A DNA stretch of 64,000 nt from Amphiscolops sp. MND2022. Its lineage: Eukaryota. The DNA lies in NCBI GenBank assembly GCA_964187785.1, contig OZ076409.1, positions 49,230,001 to 49,294,000 on the forward strand. Reading direction: 5' to 3'. The translations under genes were made by a program, and so were the position numbers. Shown here in pieces: positions 38,001-48,299 of the stretch; within the stretch, counting starts at the first letter, position 1; every line of letters begins with the position of its first letter. The notes under the pieces were generated by a model. The model worked only from the letters and a program-made list of their open reading frames with translations. It did not search any database and had not been told where the DNA came from.

Positions 38001-38139
38001 GAACGTTGTATACTTTGAGAATATTTTTTATTTAGAAGAAGGCGCAATAGAACCCGAAGAACTGCCGATTCTGGCTGACCAGATGGTGAATAGAGATCGC
38101 AAGGTCATGTTTAGTGATAAGGTTGAGGAACATGATTAG
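29100..38139 (+). CDS. Spliced gene of unknown function, 5' incomplete; exons 29100-29355, 29670-29886, 30580-30952, 31803-32079, 38036-38139 (~408 aa)
   Basis: Four GT-AG introns with consistent phases (1, 2, 0, 1) join into one open frame ending in TAG at 38137-38139; Cys-rich motif CNVACKQCRSLQCCC; the upstream in-frame extension to an acceptor at 29003 contains a TGA at 29082. Confidence 0.75.
31227..31533. mobile_element. Small TIR element (Tc1/mariner-like MITE) in intron 3
   Basis: CGGTACTCCGACTAAG ... CTTAGCCAGGAGTACCG inverted termini; TA on the right flank, AA on the left. Confidence 0.6.
32137..32434 (+). repeat. 5' LTR (3' end deleted)
   Basis: Matches 37256-37553, then jumps directly into gag. 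Confidence 0.9.
32187..32266 (+). ncRNA. tRNA-like Pol III module in the 5' LTR (not a functional tRNA)
   Basis: A-box TGGCTCAGCGG 32194-32204 with D-stem GCTC/GAGT; hairpin GCCGGT-ATTTG-ACCGGC; B-box GGTTCGATTCC 32236-32246; T5 at 32262-32266; acceptor stem does not pair. Confidence 0.7.
32449..34617 (+). CDS. BEL/Pao polyprotein, part 1 (gag C-terminus with Cys/His knuckles, aspartic protease, RT); N-terminally deleted
   Basis: CNVCKDNH..C, CFSCLKGNH...C, C..DGC...HNTLLH; ALCDSACS; WYLPHHPV, LTGPDLL, FYMDDYL. Confidence 0.92.
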   Translation: MIAFSATISAMVGVFRSLKYEHDLSSAALLGQAVQKLPPNMREAWSMHTVKKDWSRPTLLDFNEWLKDKAEAHERMKISTTKPKSDESAQSVTRTKTGTKVFAATSSSASSKESRTKPNQVQLNCNVCKDNHPLWRCRVFLDKTPTDRAKIVAENKLCFSCLKGNHSFRQCPQPRKCNKDGCNSSHNTLLHGAERVFQPKTTPKSSSNQATGSRNLKTTVNKAGESSGVCSVTDVKGLLQITEVEVHTSTTSAKVLALCDSACSHSWISEDLATKLNVKGLPTKLTVHGINSQQVVDTQIVELKLTPVHSGGSCSTFDVKPYVRKNLHVGNDVIDVDQLKQQYPHLEPVALSKYTYGDVEMILGQDVFHSIRPLEYFESDRKNTPIAVRLPLGWVLSGPLPSTTGLVSTCFKAVTQSEADSKLADQLRSWLEMESFAAMKQIDPRSADDARASKILQETTYHDGCRYQVGMLWADDESSLPNNYFSALVQLKSLERRLEKTPELKASYAQTIKDDFDKGYIVQVDKSDCFRIDNPREWYLPHHPVFHPHKPGKVRRVLNGAAKFHGVSLNSKLLTGPDLLQTLIHVLMRFRQHPYAVSADIEGMFLQVGVIPEDRPSLRFLWREDPATDVAVYQYVRHIFGSKDSPTCANYALQQTARDNRIQFLEAANSVENNFYMDDYLESSPTVNEATKKAQDLVEMLAKGGFNLRWFKGGLSVMFQVW
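34575..37097 (+). CDS. BEL/Pao polyprotein, part 2 (RT end, RNase H, integrase); separated from part 1 by a frameshift
   Basis: YDPIG, LHVFGDSS, GKARVAP, KLELQAA, WTDS, NPADAGTRG; H..H/CxxC; GLDYFGP, SDNGTNF, WERLVR, LTPNHFL. Confidence 0.92.
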   Translation: MVQRWFVSNVPGLVKIVDPKYQLPAESNEKVLVTNEETSHVLGLKWNHSRDTLVVSRGTTPDLNRPVTQRVVLSLVSAVYDPIGLAAPYTVTARLLLKDIWRLSGQQWDNNLPDNVSKKFLEWAAELPNLSEITIPRCYFRGTMRSVELHVFGDSSQDVFAAVAFLRARVSRNERTETQLAFVFGKARVAPMKALTITKLELQAALLAARLKDEVQQALTVPVERTFMWTDSTTVLQWLHSIDKKPVFVANRVAEVLELTTVDEWNHVPTADNPADAGTRGLPAKALFDSSWLKGPKFLMTPDWPFQPSEEILKTKLKNYDSNEINADSVYQETTANTASVTPNVLTLEWQRYSSYEKLLRIVAFILRILPRFSGNRTKTGAITDPVELESAEQKLFFLVQSETFPNETKNLLKTCSLSKPSVIKDFSPFIGPNGLLRAQGRTKHLEIANFDVKHPILLDSRHPAVRLFLEHLHEKHCHQGVEYLRALIQQKFAIVKLRTTLRTIQTRCVTCRKRKAETLTPIMADLPKERLAFSSRPFTNTGLDYFGPFYVSVKRSTEKRWGFLFTCLTTRAVHFEVVPSMDTSSCVMGIERFVSRRGIPSVILSDNGTNFVASEKELLQNVLKWNQQSIAESMVKKGVRWKFNPHSAPHHGGVWERLVRSFKHTFYAILGNRRLTDEILTTVFCLVEQSLNARPLIPASADATDLDALTPNHFLLGTAGSSLPSHSNCDFDHRKRYARAQAYSDAIWNRWLKEYVPTLNRRSKWCTQSNRQLKTGDLVWIVEPTNPRGYYPLARVIKLHFGSDAVARSAEVKTTSGNLVRPVVKLAPVLPSPDLIDLS
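37256..37594 (+). repeat. Complete 3' LTR (339 bp)
   Basis: TG...CA, preceded by the PPT and followed by TSD CTAAC. Confidence 0.95.
37306..37385 (+). ncRNA. tRNA-like Pol III module in the 3' LTR
   Basis: Identical to 32187-32266. Confidence 0.7.
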
Positions 38140-38586
38140 TCATCTAATGAAACCATTTTGTAAAGTGGTCATTATGTGATGAATTATTTAGATATTAAAT
38201 CAAATAACTGAAAACCAATTCGAAAAAGTTTCTCATGGAATTTTTCGTTTCCTCGCAGAAATTGAATCCAAGCAGCAATTTTTTCGTAGTCGATCAGGTC
38301 ACCGTCTACTATCTTCTATATAGATAGTTATCTTTATATTTGTTTTTTAACCTTTCATTCGCAAAGGTTCGTAGTTTTGTTCCAATTTACAGCCAATTTC
38401 AACTAACTTGTCTCATTTAACAACCTTCCACTAATGAAAAGAACTTTTTGTGGAAAATAATTGCGATCAAAAACTACAGTGAAAAAAGCATTGCTTTTTG
38501 GTACAGCGAAAGTGCGCTAACGATTTAAATTTGTACAACTTAACTCTTAACTCTGCAAACATATGAACACGCATTTGTGATTCCAT

Positions 38587-39440
38587 TCACAGAAGTCCTT
38601 GTTCTCTTCTCTCTCGTTTCTTCTTTTCAACAAACTCGGCCCATTTGTAAGAAGCTTTGGCGGTAGCTGACAGTTGCTTGAAACTTGTGAAGCCCTGTGG
38701 TAGTCCGAATGAGGGTCCCGGCTGGGGTTCTGGCTCTGGCTCTTTTTTGGTTTCGTTTCTGGGCGAGAGTTCATTTGTTGCAAACTCCAACTCTTCTAGA
38801 GCACTGTGGAGTTTCTCGCGGTTGGGGAATTCTGCAGTGCAGAAGTCTTCGAAGTCAACGTCTAGAGCTACAACAAAGTAAATAGTTTTTTTGACGTGAA
38901 CAGAATTCAGTGGAGGTATGTATTTACTGGGAACTAATTTATCTAGAATCTCTCACTAGTTATATTTGTAACTAAAGTCTCGTCTACATCTCGTTTTGAA
39001 GCTTATCAAATGTAGCTCCCGGACGCCCCATGTTGAGCTTTCCTTCAGAATCTGTACAGATCTGTGAGCCTCATTCCATTGAGGATCTGTAAAGATCGTG
39101 CGACTGCTTCGACAGGACAGGTTCAAAATTTCAAGGATCTTTGCAGATGTTAAAAGATTTTCTGTGCAGATTTTTTGAGAATTTATTTTGAGAGCTTCTA
39201 GGGAACCAATGTACTGCATTTTTGGGCTTCTTCAACTAATTGACCAAGTATTTCAGCTGACAAAGGCTCAGTCAGTTGAAACTCTTCATCACTAAAAAAT
39301 TTTGAGCAGGAAAGCTTTTCCCAATAACGGTATTTTATGACTGATGAACGAGAATGTTCGTTGGCTATGCACGGTAATTCATTCGTTTCACTTGAACTTT
39401 CTAAAAGTGATTGTTGAATTTTGAGAGGCTCGTTTGCCAT
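38587..39440 (-). pseudogene. Intronless disrupted ORF (~284 codons), unknown product
   Basis: ORFs 39198-39440, 38956-39219 and 38587-38790 link through one frameshift (~39215) and tandem TAG-TGA (38953-38958); the frame stays open from 38952 to 38587. Confidence 0.55.
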
Positions 39441-39474
39441 ATTGACTTTTGGTGGATAAAATTAGACATGTGGC

Positions 39475-42400
39475 TAAAGTAGGTCAGGAAAAGTTCAAAG
39501 AATGTATTAAGACTGGAATGGTTCAAAGTAACAAAGCTGTATCAAACGACTGTACTTTATCTTCAACTTGTATCTATCTGTAACTACATGACTTCAGAAC
39601 ATAAGATCATTGGCAGGTAGTTTTGTGTCATGTTATTCGCCAAGGTTTATCATTGACACTTGTTGGATTGACACATTTTTGATGCTTGTGTCACATTCCC
39701 TCCTCCATGACGTTCAGGGAAACCAGTCGTGCTGAGGGGGGTTGTTCTTGATTCGTGGAAACGGAGTAATTGGATATCTCCTTGGAATGGTGAATGTATA
39801 CTCAGTTCCTAAATGGATCACTGTTAAAAATACTCAACACCACCTAGTTTGACTGTTCTTTTTGCATTTTTTATTCTTTCAGATCTACGTGGCTCTATGG
39901 TTAGATCTAGTGGGTTATTTTCCCCGTTATCATTTTGTTTTAGCCGTACTTTACCTGTGGCGTTCTGATGTACGGTTTCTATGCCGGAAGTGCCTTGATT
40001 CCGGATTGGTGTTCCGGATGTGTCCGGTTGTGCTGTGTCTTCGGGCGGGACCAGTTCCGTGCTACATCCGATTGGGGAGGACGGCATCTGTGTTTCCGAC
40101 CGTAGGCGTTCGACTTCCCGGCCGATCATGTCCCTGAGTGTGATGTCTTCGGTGGCTTCTCCTTCTGAGGTGGTCATATCGGCTTGATCGTTTGTCGGTT
40201 CCGAGTCGTTGCTAGAGGAGTCGTGCAGTATCACGCGGCTGTATGTTCGTTTCTTTGACGGCATGGTCGGAATTGCGGTGTAACTGGTACCGGGTTCGTT
40301 GTTGTTATTGTCTTGTCTGGCCACCTCAAGGCGTAGATGCGTTTCACACAGATCGCCACTGCTGAATTTCCCGCATCTGCGGCATCTGTTGGTTGGCCGT
40401 CTTTGTTCTTCGGGTTTTCTTGGTGTCTGAAATTTTAGGGGTTTTGACGCCAGTTTTTTGTGTATTATCTTCCCTTCAGAGATAGTTACCGTGTGTTTTG
40501 TTTCTGCTACTGCTGTTAAAATCTTATTTGTTTTAAAACCACATTTCATGGAATTCGGTTTGTTTTCTTTCTCATAAAATTGGTAGTTTTTAAAATCCCG
40601 GCTTACCGAGCGTCCTTTCTTCTTTGGTTCGTTTAACACCAAGTAGTCGGCTAGTTCTCCTCCTGCATCATTGATAGTGACGACCTGTAGTTCTGTTGGT
40701 TGGGCTAAAACGTAATTGGTTAGCGTTTTCTTCCAATTAGCAAGTAGACATTCCGGCTTGTCTATTAAATTAATCAGAGCGGTGCGCGGTTTTCTACCTA
40801 GATGCATTTGGAAGGGTGTCATTTTTAGTTTGCTGTGCGGCGTTTGTCTGATTGTTCTTATTGCTAGTTGGACACTGTCTTCAAAAGTTAGGCCGTCTGC
40901 CATGTTTGCTCGGGTGAGCGATTTAATTGACCGGATAGCTCGTTCAACCAGACCGGTGCCGGTGTGTAAATTTGGAGTGCACCGTATACGTTTAATATTT
41001 TGGTCTTTACAGAACTGTTTGAATTCGATGCTTTTAAAGCAGCTTCCGTTGTCGGTTCGAATAACCCTTGGTATCCCGTTGTCCGTAAAATATTTAGATA
41101 AAAATTTCTTGACGGTCCGTGTATCCGCGCTTTTGCAAATATGTGCGGTCGGCCATTTGATAAAACGGTCAATTGCTACTAAAATATATACATCGCCGCG
41201 TGTTTTTGATTTGATTGGACCGGCGAAATCCAATTGGATTTCTTGATTTGGTTCCGTTAAAATGTCTAAATTATTTTTTTCCGTGGACGGAATTTGAGTA
41301 GTAAGATTCTTACCTGCGGCTCTACAGCTTGGGCATGATTCGGCTTTTTCGTGGATTTCGCGGTTCATTCCCGGCCACCAGAAGGCTACGGCTAGCTTTT
41401 CCAATTTTCCAGCCGATGTATGTCCGTGGTGTAACATGGCTATCACCGTTGTCCGCATGTTTTCCGGAATCACTATCCTGTCGTTGTAGAACAGTAGGCC
41501 AAATCTCGTGGATAGATGTGACCGGTGTGGACGATCGGGATAAAAAATGCTATCCGGTTGTTGGTTTTCGATGGCCGCGATTGCATTGAGTATCTTTATA
41601 TCTCGTGCTGTTTCGTCAACCAGCAGTGGGATGTCCAGTGCGAAATCTTTTTCTACTCTTTTGATGGTTTCTTCTGTGCCTTGATTTTGGTCGTTGCTGA
41701 GTGTATTCTTTATTGCTGTCTGTTTGAGTCGGATTAAGTTTACGGTTTCGTGCTTCTTAAATTTCTTTAGAGCACTTGTGGGGCACTTGTCACGTTTGAT
41801 GTGACTAGTCTCGCTTTCTCCGTCCGATTGGTTGTTGTGCAGCCAAGATTCGTTGTTGTTTTGTTGATATTCTAGCAGGGGTGTCGTCTCGAGTGTTTCG
41901 CAGTATCTGAAGAAGCGGTTATAAATTTTGATGTTGATTTCTGCGATTCTTTTTCAGCTTGCCTGATTTGGTCGATACTCCTGTATCCGTTCACTTTCTT
42001 TGCCTTTCCCGACAATTCGTGTCCGATCCGGCTTCAGTAAGTGATTTCTCTCGATCCACAGGCGTTTGGTTTCTGGGGAATGGCCCCTTTTCTTGAAGAT
42101 GAAATTCATATCTATGCCATTGACTTTGTCCATTTTTGAATTTGATGATTCGCGATCGATAATGTTAATTGGCAGCGGTGAGGTTTTAAACAAATGAGTG
42201 TTTGAATTCTGTTCGCATGAAATTTTGTCGTGCTGTGATTGGTCGGAATTTTCTCTCGCGTTCAGTTGTTCGGTGAATCGCTTTATGCTTCCTCGCTCTC
42301 GATTGAATTCAAATAGGCCGTATATTTCGTTAATGACGAACTCTTCGTCGGCTTCCGCTTCGTTTTGTCCGTCCGCTTTGTTTTCTAATTCGGCAATTTC

Positions 42401-45400
42401 GGTCGGTACGATCGGATGACGGCTTAGATAATCCGTAAGCGGAATGTTTTTACCGGCCGTGTATTGAATATTAATATCGAAGTGGCTCAATCTATCCAAC
42501 CAACGAGTTAACCGTGCACTGTATTGTTTGTGTGCCCGATTCTTTTTCAGTAACGGTTGTAATGCCTGGTGGTCTGTTAGCAAATTAACTCTTTTACCGT
42601 AAACGTAATATCGGAAGTGCTCTAATCCCCATAAAGCTCCCAGTAACTCTAGTTCATTTATTGCGTATTTTCTTTCGCAGTCGGTTAAAAATCTACTGGC
42701 AAAAGCTATGGGCCTGAATACTATACCTTCCTTTTGCCATAGGGTCGCTCCCAGTCCAGTATTGCAAGCGTCTGTTGTGATATAGTTGTCCCTTTTTGGG
42801 TCGAAGTGGGCAAGACACGGGGCTTCCGTAATTTCCTTCTTCAGTTGTTCAAAGTCGTCGTCTATTTCTGCTGTCCAATCCCATTTGACATCCTTTTTGA
42901 GTAATCTCCTCATTCGATCGGTTTTCTTTGACAGATTATTGATGAATTTGGATAAGTGTTGTATCGATCCAAGGAAGGATTTTAACTCCTTCACGTTTTT
43001 TGGTGCGGCTAATTTCGTAATTGCCTCCGTTTTGTCCTCGATTGGTTTTACGCCATTCTGATTAATAAAGTAGCCGAGCCAGGTTAGTTCTTTCTTGAAC
43101 AGTTCCGTTTTCTTTTCGCTGGCTCGGTATCCGGCGTTTTGTAGTTTCTTCGGTACTTCTCGCAGTTCTTTTTCATGATCATCAATGCTTCCATTCGTCA
43201 CGCAAATGATGTCATCTAGCCAAACAGGGGTTTTAAATTCTAGCACGTTGTCAATGTGTTCTTGGAATACCGTCGGAATGTCAGATAATCCGTAGAAACC
43301 CTTCTTGAAGCGGTAATGACCAGTGAAGTCTCCGCCAATTATTGAAAATACACAGTGTTTGGCTGCTTCTTTTGCTAATTTTGCCTGGCCGTAGGCGTAG
43401 TCCAGGTCTATTTTAGACATCCAGATTTCGCCTTCGCCGTTAGTTATTTTGGCGGAGATTTTGCTGATTAATTCCTCCATGTTTGGCATTGCTGCTTTTC
43501 GCTTTACGCATGCCTCGTTAAGTTTTCTTGAATCCAGGGCGATTTTGACCGACTTGTCCTTTTTGATGGTTATGACGGCAGGGGAAATAAAACAATTTTC
43601 TGTAGTCTCGTCCGCTTTCTCGATATGTCCCGATTTGATAAGTTTCTCCAGTTCATCTCGGACGCTTTTTTGAAAGTGTATGGGGACTGGTCGTCCCTTT
43701 TGTTGTATGGACTTTACATCTTTCTTCAGCTGAATGTCGATTGTTAGGTCTTTTATGGTGTGGTTGTTTTTGAATAAGTCTTCGTGTTCGTTGATAATTT
43801 TCTTTCGTCTATCTTCTTCTTCCACATAGCGGATCACATTTGTCTTTTTGCTGCCTTGTAGTCCAATTTCCAGTCTATCCAGCCAGTCCAATCCCAACAG
43901 TGGTTGTGTGTTTTTGTTCTCTGTGATCAGGATAGGTATGGTCTCTTTGCTTTTTTCCGTTTTCACTTCGACCATGGCCTCGCCCTTGAATTTGATGGGG
44001 TTTTTATTCACGTCGACAAAAGTTTTTGTCGTTTTCTTTATGTCTTTTGGTGTGATAATTGGAGGTATGATGGTCACGGGTGAGCCTGTATCAATGATAA
44101 ATTCTATTGGTTGGCCATGGACCAATAGGATTGCTTTGTAAAAGTCAATGCGGTTCACACCGTTGACGGACTGAATATGGTCAATCTCCGGCCATGGTTC
44201 GGTACTGCTGTCCGATGAAGCCGTTTCTTTTATCCGGCTGACGGTCTTGGATTTGCATACTTTGGCAAAGTGTCCCATCTTTTTGCAATTGTTGCATTGA
44301 GCCTTCCGTGCCGGACAGATATGTTCCATTGACCAGTTTGGTTTTCCACAAAAGCGGCAATCCCGGTTTGGAAATTTCTTTTTCTCGGTAAAATTTGTTT
44401 TGCGTTTCCGTGACTGGTTGGTATGGCCGATCAATTCGGTGGATGTTGAGCTGTTTGATGAATCTTTCCGGGCTTTTTTGCTTTTCGGCCTCTTGTCCCC
44501 GTATTTTCGGTTGTAATTGTCAAGTTCTATCGTGTCGAGGACGAGTTGTAATTTCAGGGGGCCTCTTATGAATTTATCACGGGCTTTTTTGTCTTTTATT
44601 GTTGATGCGAATTTGTATGTAATGATTTCCTCTGCTGTGATGTTGCCGAAGTCGCACTTTCTCTCGATGTCTACGAGTCTCTTCCAGTATTCATCGAGTG
44701 TTTCATTGTCTTCCTGCTTCATGTTAAAGAACTGTGCCCGGCTATGAAATATATTTCTTGCAGGGAGGAAAGTTTTCTTGAACAGGGTTAGTAGTTCGGA
44801 AAGATTCACTTCTTTCAGTTCACGGCCCCATTGACCTCTCATGATTTCATGTTTGGCTTTTGGGCCAAGTGCCCAGATAACATCACCTTTAATGTGGTAG
44901 ACTGTGTGGGGATCCATGTATTCTGTCCCTTCATCGATGATTTCTTCTAGATTTCGGTTATATGTCAAATGGATGTATTCCGAAATCTGCTCCCACCACA
45001 TTTTGGGATTGATTTTGGTGAGGTCTGTTTCCCTGTCTGATAGTATGGGAATTTTGTATTTGGTTTTCTCCATCCGTTCTGACGATGTTGTAGTGTTGTT
45101 CGTTCTGGATGATCGTTCCGATATATTCGGCTCACCTTCATTTAGGTTCGGATTGGTGTTGTTGTTTTCCATTGTTTTGATCAGATTGCTGACTGCGCCA
45201 TAAAGTAGGTCAGGAAAAGTTCAAAGAATGTATTAAGACTGGAATGGTTCAAAGTAACAAAGCTGTATCAAACGACTGTACTTTATCTTCAACTTGTATC
45301 TATCTGTAACTACATGACTTCAGAACATAAGATCATTGGCAGGTAGTTTTGTGTCATGTTATTCGCCAAGGTTTATCATTGACACTTGTTGGATTGACAC

Positions 45401-45421
45401 ATTTTTGATGCTTGTGTCACA
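39475..45421 (-). mobile_element. Full-length Ty3/gypsy LTR retrotransposon
   Basis: 221-bp LTRs 39475-39695 and 45201-45421 that appear identical; perfect 5-bp TSD GTGGC; PBS TGGCGCAGTCAGC (minus strand, 45200-45188; tRNA-Ser-like); PPT GGAGGAGGGAA (39696-39706). Confidence 0.96.
39824..45172 (-). CDS. gag-pol polyprotein (gag, zinc knuckles, protease, RT, RNase H, spacer, integrase) in one frame, interrupted by a single TGA at 41954-41956
   Basis: CNNCKKMGHFAKVC; IIDTGS; KIDLDYAYGQ, VWLDDII; TDACNTGLGA, ELELL, TDHQAL; manual translation of 41953-41474 is open and in frame with ORF 39824-41473 (HHGH/CPSC, LDFAGP, TDNGSCF, VERAIR). Confidence 0.93.
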
Positions 45422-46247
45422 GTGGCGACCATCTATGATAGTAGAGGTGTTGATAAAGTGCTGTTGTAATACTTCGGGAATATGGTTTGCAGGAGTAGTT
45501 TTAGTAATCACTGGTAACTCGGAATACGTTCTGGTTATTTATTGGTCGTTTTCGTATAGTTAATTTTTGACAATTTCCTGGAATATCTGCCAGGATCTGT
45601 ATCAATATATCCAGATTGTTTCAAAAAAAGACCAAAATACCCGAGAACTCGAACGGTTTTACATTTCATTACAGTTCTGGTTCAGTCCTTTTCAGTATAA
45701 GTATCATTATTTTCATCAAAAATGCTGATAGTGCAAAGCTAGATGAATTTAACCAAGTTTCAAATAGTTTCCGTTTTGACACTGCTCCTGGCACCAAAAA
45801 GGGCTAATTTTGGTTTTACATTGGTGCCCTGTGAACTAAAAATGATTTCGAACCGCATTTTGATAACATTCGACACTTTCTATTGTCTAAAATGTACAGA
45901 AAATAATGGTGAACCAAACGATTTTTAGTTTCTCATTTTTACAGGGAAGAATTCAGTTTTAGAAAAACTCAGGAATTGAAGAACACGAAAAACTATTAAG
46001 CTACAAAGAACTAAGAATCGCCTTATTTGGTTTCTCATGAGCAACGTAAGCCCACGGGTCGATTTCTTGTTTGATTATAATCAAACCAGAAAATGGTCCG
46101 TCGTTTGTCTTTTTGCGCCTAGCCACTCGGCCATCATAAATTTTGGTATAAATCAATCCCGTAGTATTTTCTAAAACCAAATATAGACTAAAAGCCGTTT
46201 GACTCAGCATAATTTTCGGTACTTTTCAGGCAATAGAAAGTGTGGAA

Positions 46248-46352
46248 TGCAAATTATGGAATCGTCCTGACCATTCTTTGTTGCTGATTACAGGAGCATA
46301 TATGCTCCTGTAATCAGCAACAAAGAGTGGTAAGGACTATTCCAGGATCTGC
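46248..46352. repeat. Long palindrome (52-bp perfect core 46275-46326, no loop)
   Basis: tctttgttgctgattacaggagcata|tatgctcctgtaatcagcaacaaaga, with imperfect extension to ~105 bp. Confidence 0.95.
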
Positions 46353-47129
46353 AAGGTTGGAAGTGATACTGGTAGGGGCTTCAACAGTCCTTACTACACG
46401 TTGCAAATACTTCTTCGTTCTTGGGATCGAATTCTCTCATTAGGAGTGAGAACAGACTATGATAGATGCTACAGCGCCTCTACTAATTCTAAAATTCATG
46501 AAAAATCTAACTATATTTCATCAATGCAATTAAACAAGATCCATTTCAGACTCAGGCTGTAAGATTTTTAGTTTTCCAGTAGCTTTAACTATTTGTTGAG
46601 AATAGCTCCACTACAACTCAATTAAACCCGTAGGTACCATGCACGAGACAAGGACTGGCTGAGTATCTACATAAATTTTTATTAACTCCGAAGAAGAGAC
46701 GAATCAACTTAATCGAAGGCGGTGGGGGTAAGTGTGACAAGGAAATCACGATCTTTACAACTTTGCTATTTTTCCCTCTTTCAGGGGTTTGTCTCGCTAC
46801 TCTTGGACTGTTTGAAATTATCTTTTCGCTGATGAAAAGAAGCAGGTTGAACTTACCATACATCAAATAAATAAGTCGAGTAATAGACACAAATACAATT
46901 TCACATCCACGAATAATAGAATGAATAATATGATAACATCGATAATAGCGGAGAATATTACTGAGTATATTAGCAGGCATATTAGGAGGCATATAACACA
47001 AGAGAACAGTAAACAAGAATTTCAGCAAGGTTAAGCTTTTGTATCCGTAAGGATGGGGGTGATATCGAAGATATCGGAAGAGTCAACTCGCCGCAAAATC
47101 TCTATCGGTCTTGGAGTGAAAACAACAAT

Positions 47130-47244
47130 CCGTGTATTATCAGCCCACTTAGGCTTAAACCGTGTATTATCAGCCCACTTAGGCTCAACCGTGTATTATC
47201 AGCCCACTTAGGCTCAACCGTGTATTATCAGCCCACTTAGGCTC
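47130..47244. repeat. 29-bp minisatellite x4 (CCGTGTATTATCAGCCCACTTAGGCTCAA)
   Basis: Head-to-tail units without spacers. Confidence 0.95.
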
Positions 47245-48299
47245 TTTTACATGTAACACGATAGACCAGCAGTCCACCCTACTCCCGGGTCGAAATCCGT
47301 ACTAGCGAAAAGCGGGGTAGCAACAAATCAGGCAACTTCAGGTTGTTAGGCTGAAGGCACGGGCTAACCGGCCAGACGAAGTAAATCTGCAATTTCGATA
47401 GTCCGGCGTCTGATGCGGGATGCTATCGGACGCAAAGCAGCAAACCGTTCTCTAGATTTCAACTCACTTTGTGTGTCGCTAAAATGGCGCACACTTCGGC
47501 CTAAGTTACTTTTTCGGCAGTTTAGTCATATCATTATTCATAGTTTATCATCTTTCCTTTTTCGGGTTCTGACTAAGTGTTGAGCAATACAGTTTTTTCC
47601 TACTTCGGTACTGAAAGTTCATTAGGAGTACATTTTCTCAGCACGAGTTTGTCCTAGTTCCACCTCCTTGTCAATCATGACTGATGGTTTTACTTCGTTT
47701 TCAATAGAATTTAAGGGGTGGTGCTACTGACTCAGTGTTTCCCACTTTTGTAAGCACGACTTGAACTTCGGCTTACTGATTGACATTTGCACCTTTTGCC
47801 AGGTCTCTTTTTCTCACGCGGTTCCTGACAACTCTCTCCAGCTAAATCTGGGTGAAGGAAATAATTTTCTACAATTTACAATGACCTAAAAGGCGATTTC
47901 AATTCATATCAAAAAAAGTCGATTTTCGTGTTACAACTTCTAAGGGCAAAAACAAGGTGTTCCGATCACGGGGGGCAAAAACCAAGTACACCATTTGAAA
48001 GTACAGATCGTGGGCTACAAAAGCTTACTCCATGGTTTTCTTTCTATTTCAACTCCTTCACAATGAAAAACGCCTTTAAAGTTTGGTAGTCAAAAATCAC
48101 CCATCGGTTTTCACGCAAATCTCAACTTTGGAGTGCTAGTACTCAGTCAATTTGAAAGATACAGGCTGGGGGTTTATATACATCGTTAGCCCAAGCCATT
48201 AGGAGTATTTTGCACTTTAGATGAGGTCTCTATCTTTTCTCAACAAAATTTGATAGTACTTTTTCTGAAAGTAGTCATTTTCCCGATTTTTATGTCTGG

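Noticed and set aside
45422..45940. Upstream coding extension of the 38587-39440 ORF across the gypsy insertion
   Set aside because: One frame is open for ~60 codons across the empty site, but it is out of frame with the ORF and bounded by stops.
47130..47244. CRISPR-like 29-bp repeats (also 52936-53050)
   Set aside because: Units are head-to-tail with no unique spacers, there are no cas genes, and the context is eukaryotic; it is a minisatellite.
47250..47450. Hammerhead or HDV-like ribozyme
   Set aside because: No CUGAUGA/GAAA core or HDV nested pseudoknot could be assembled by eye.
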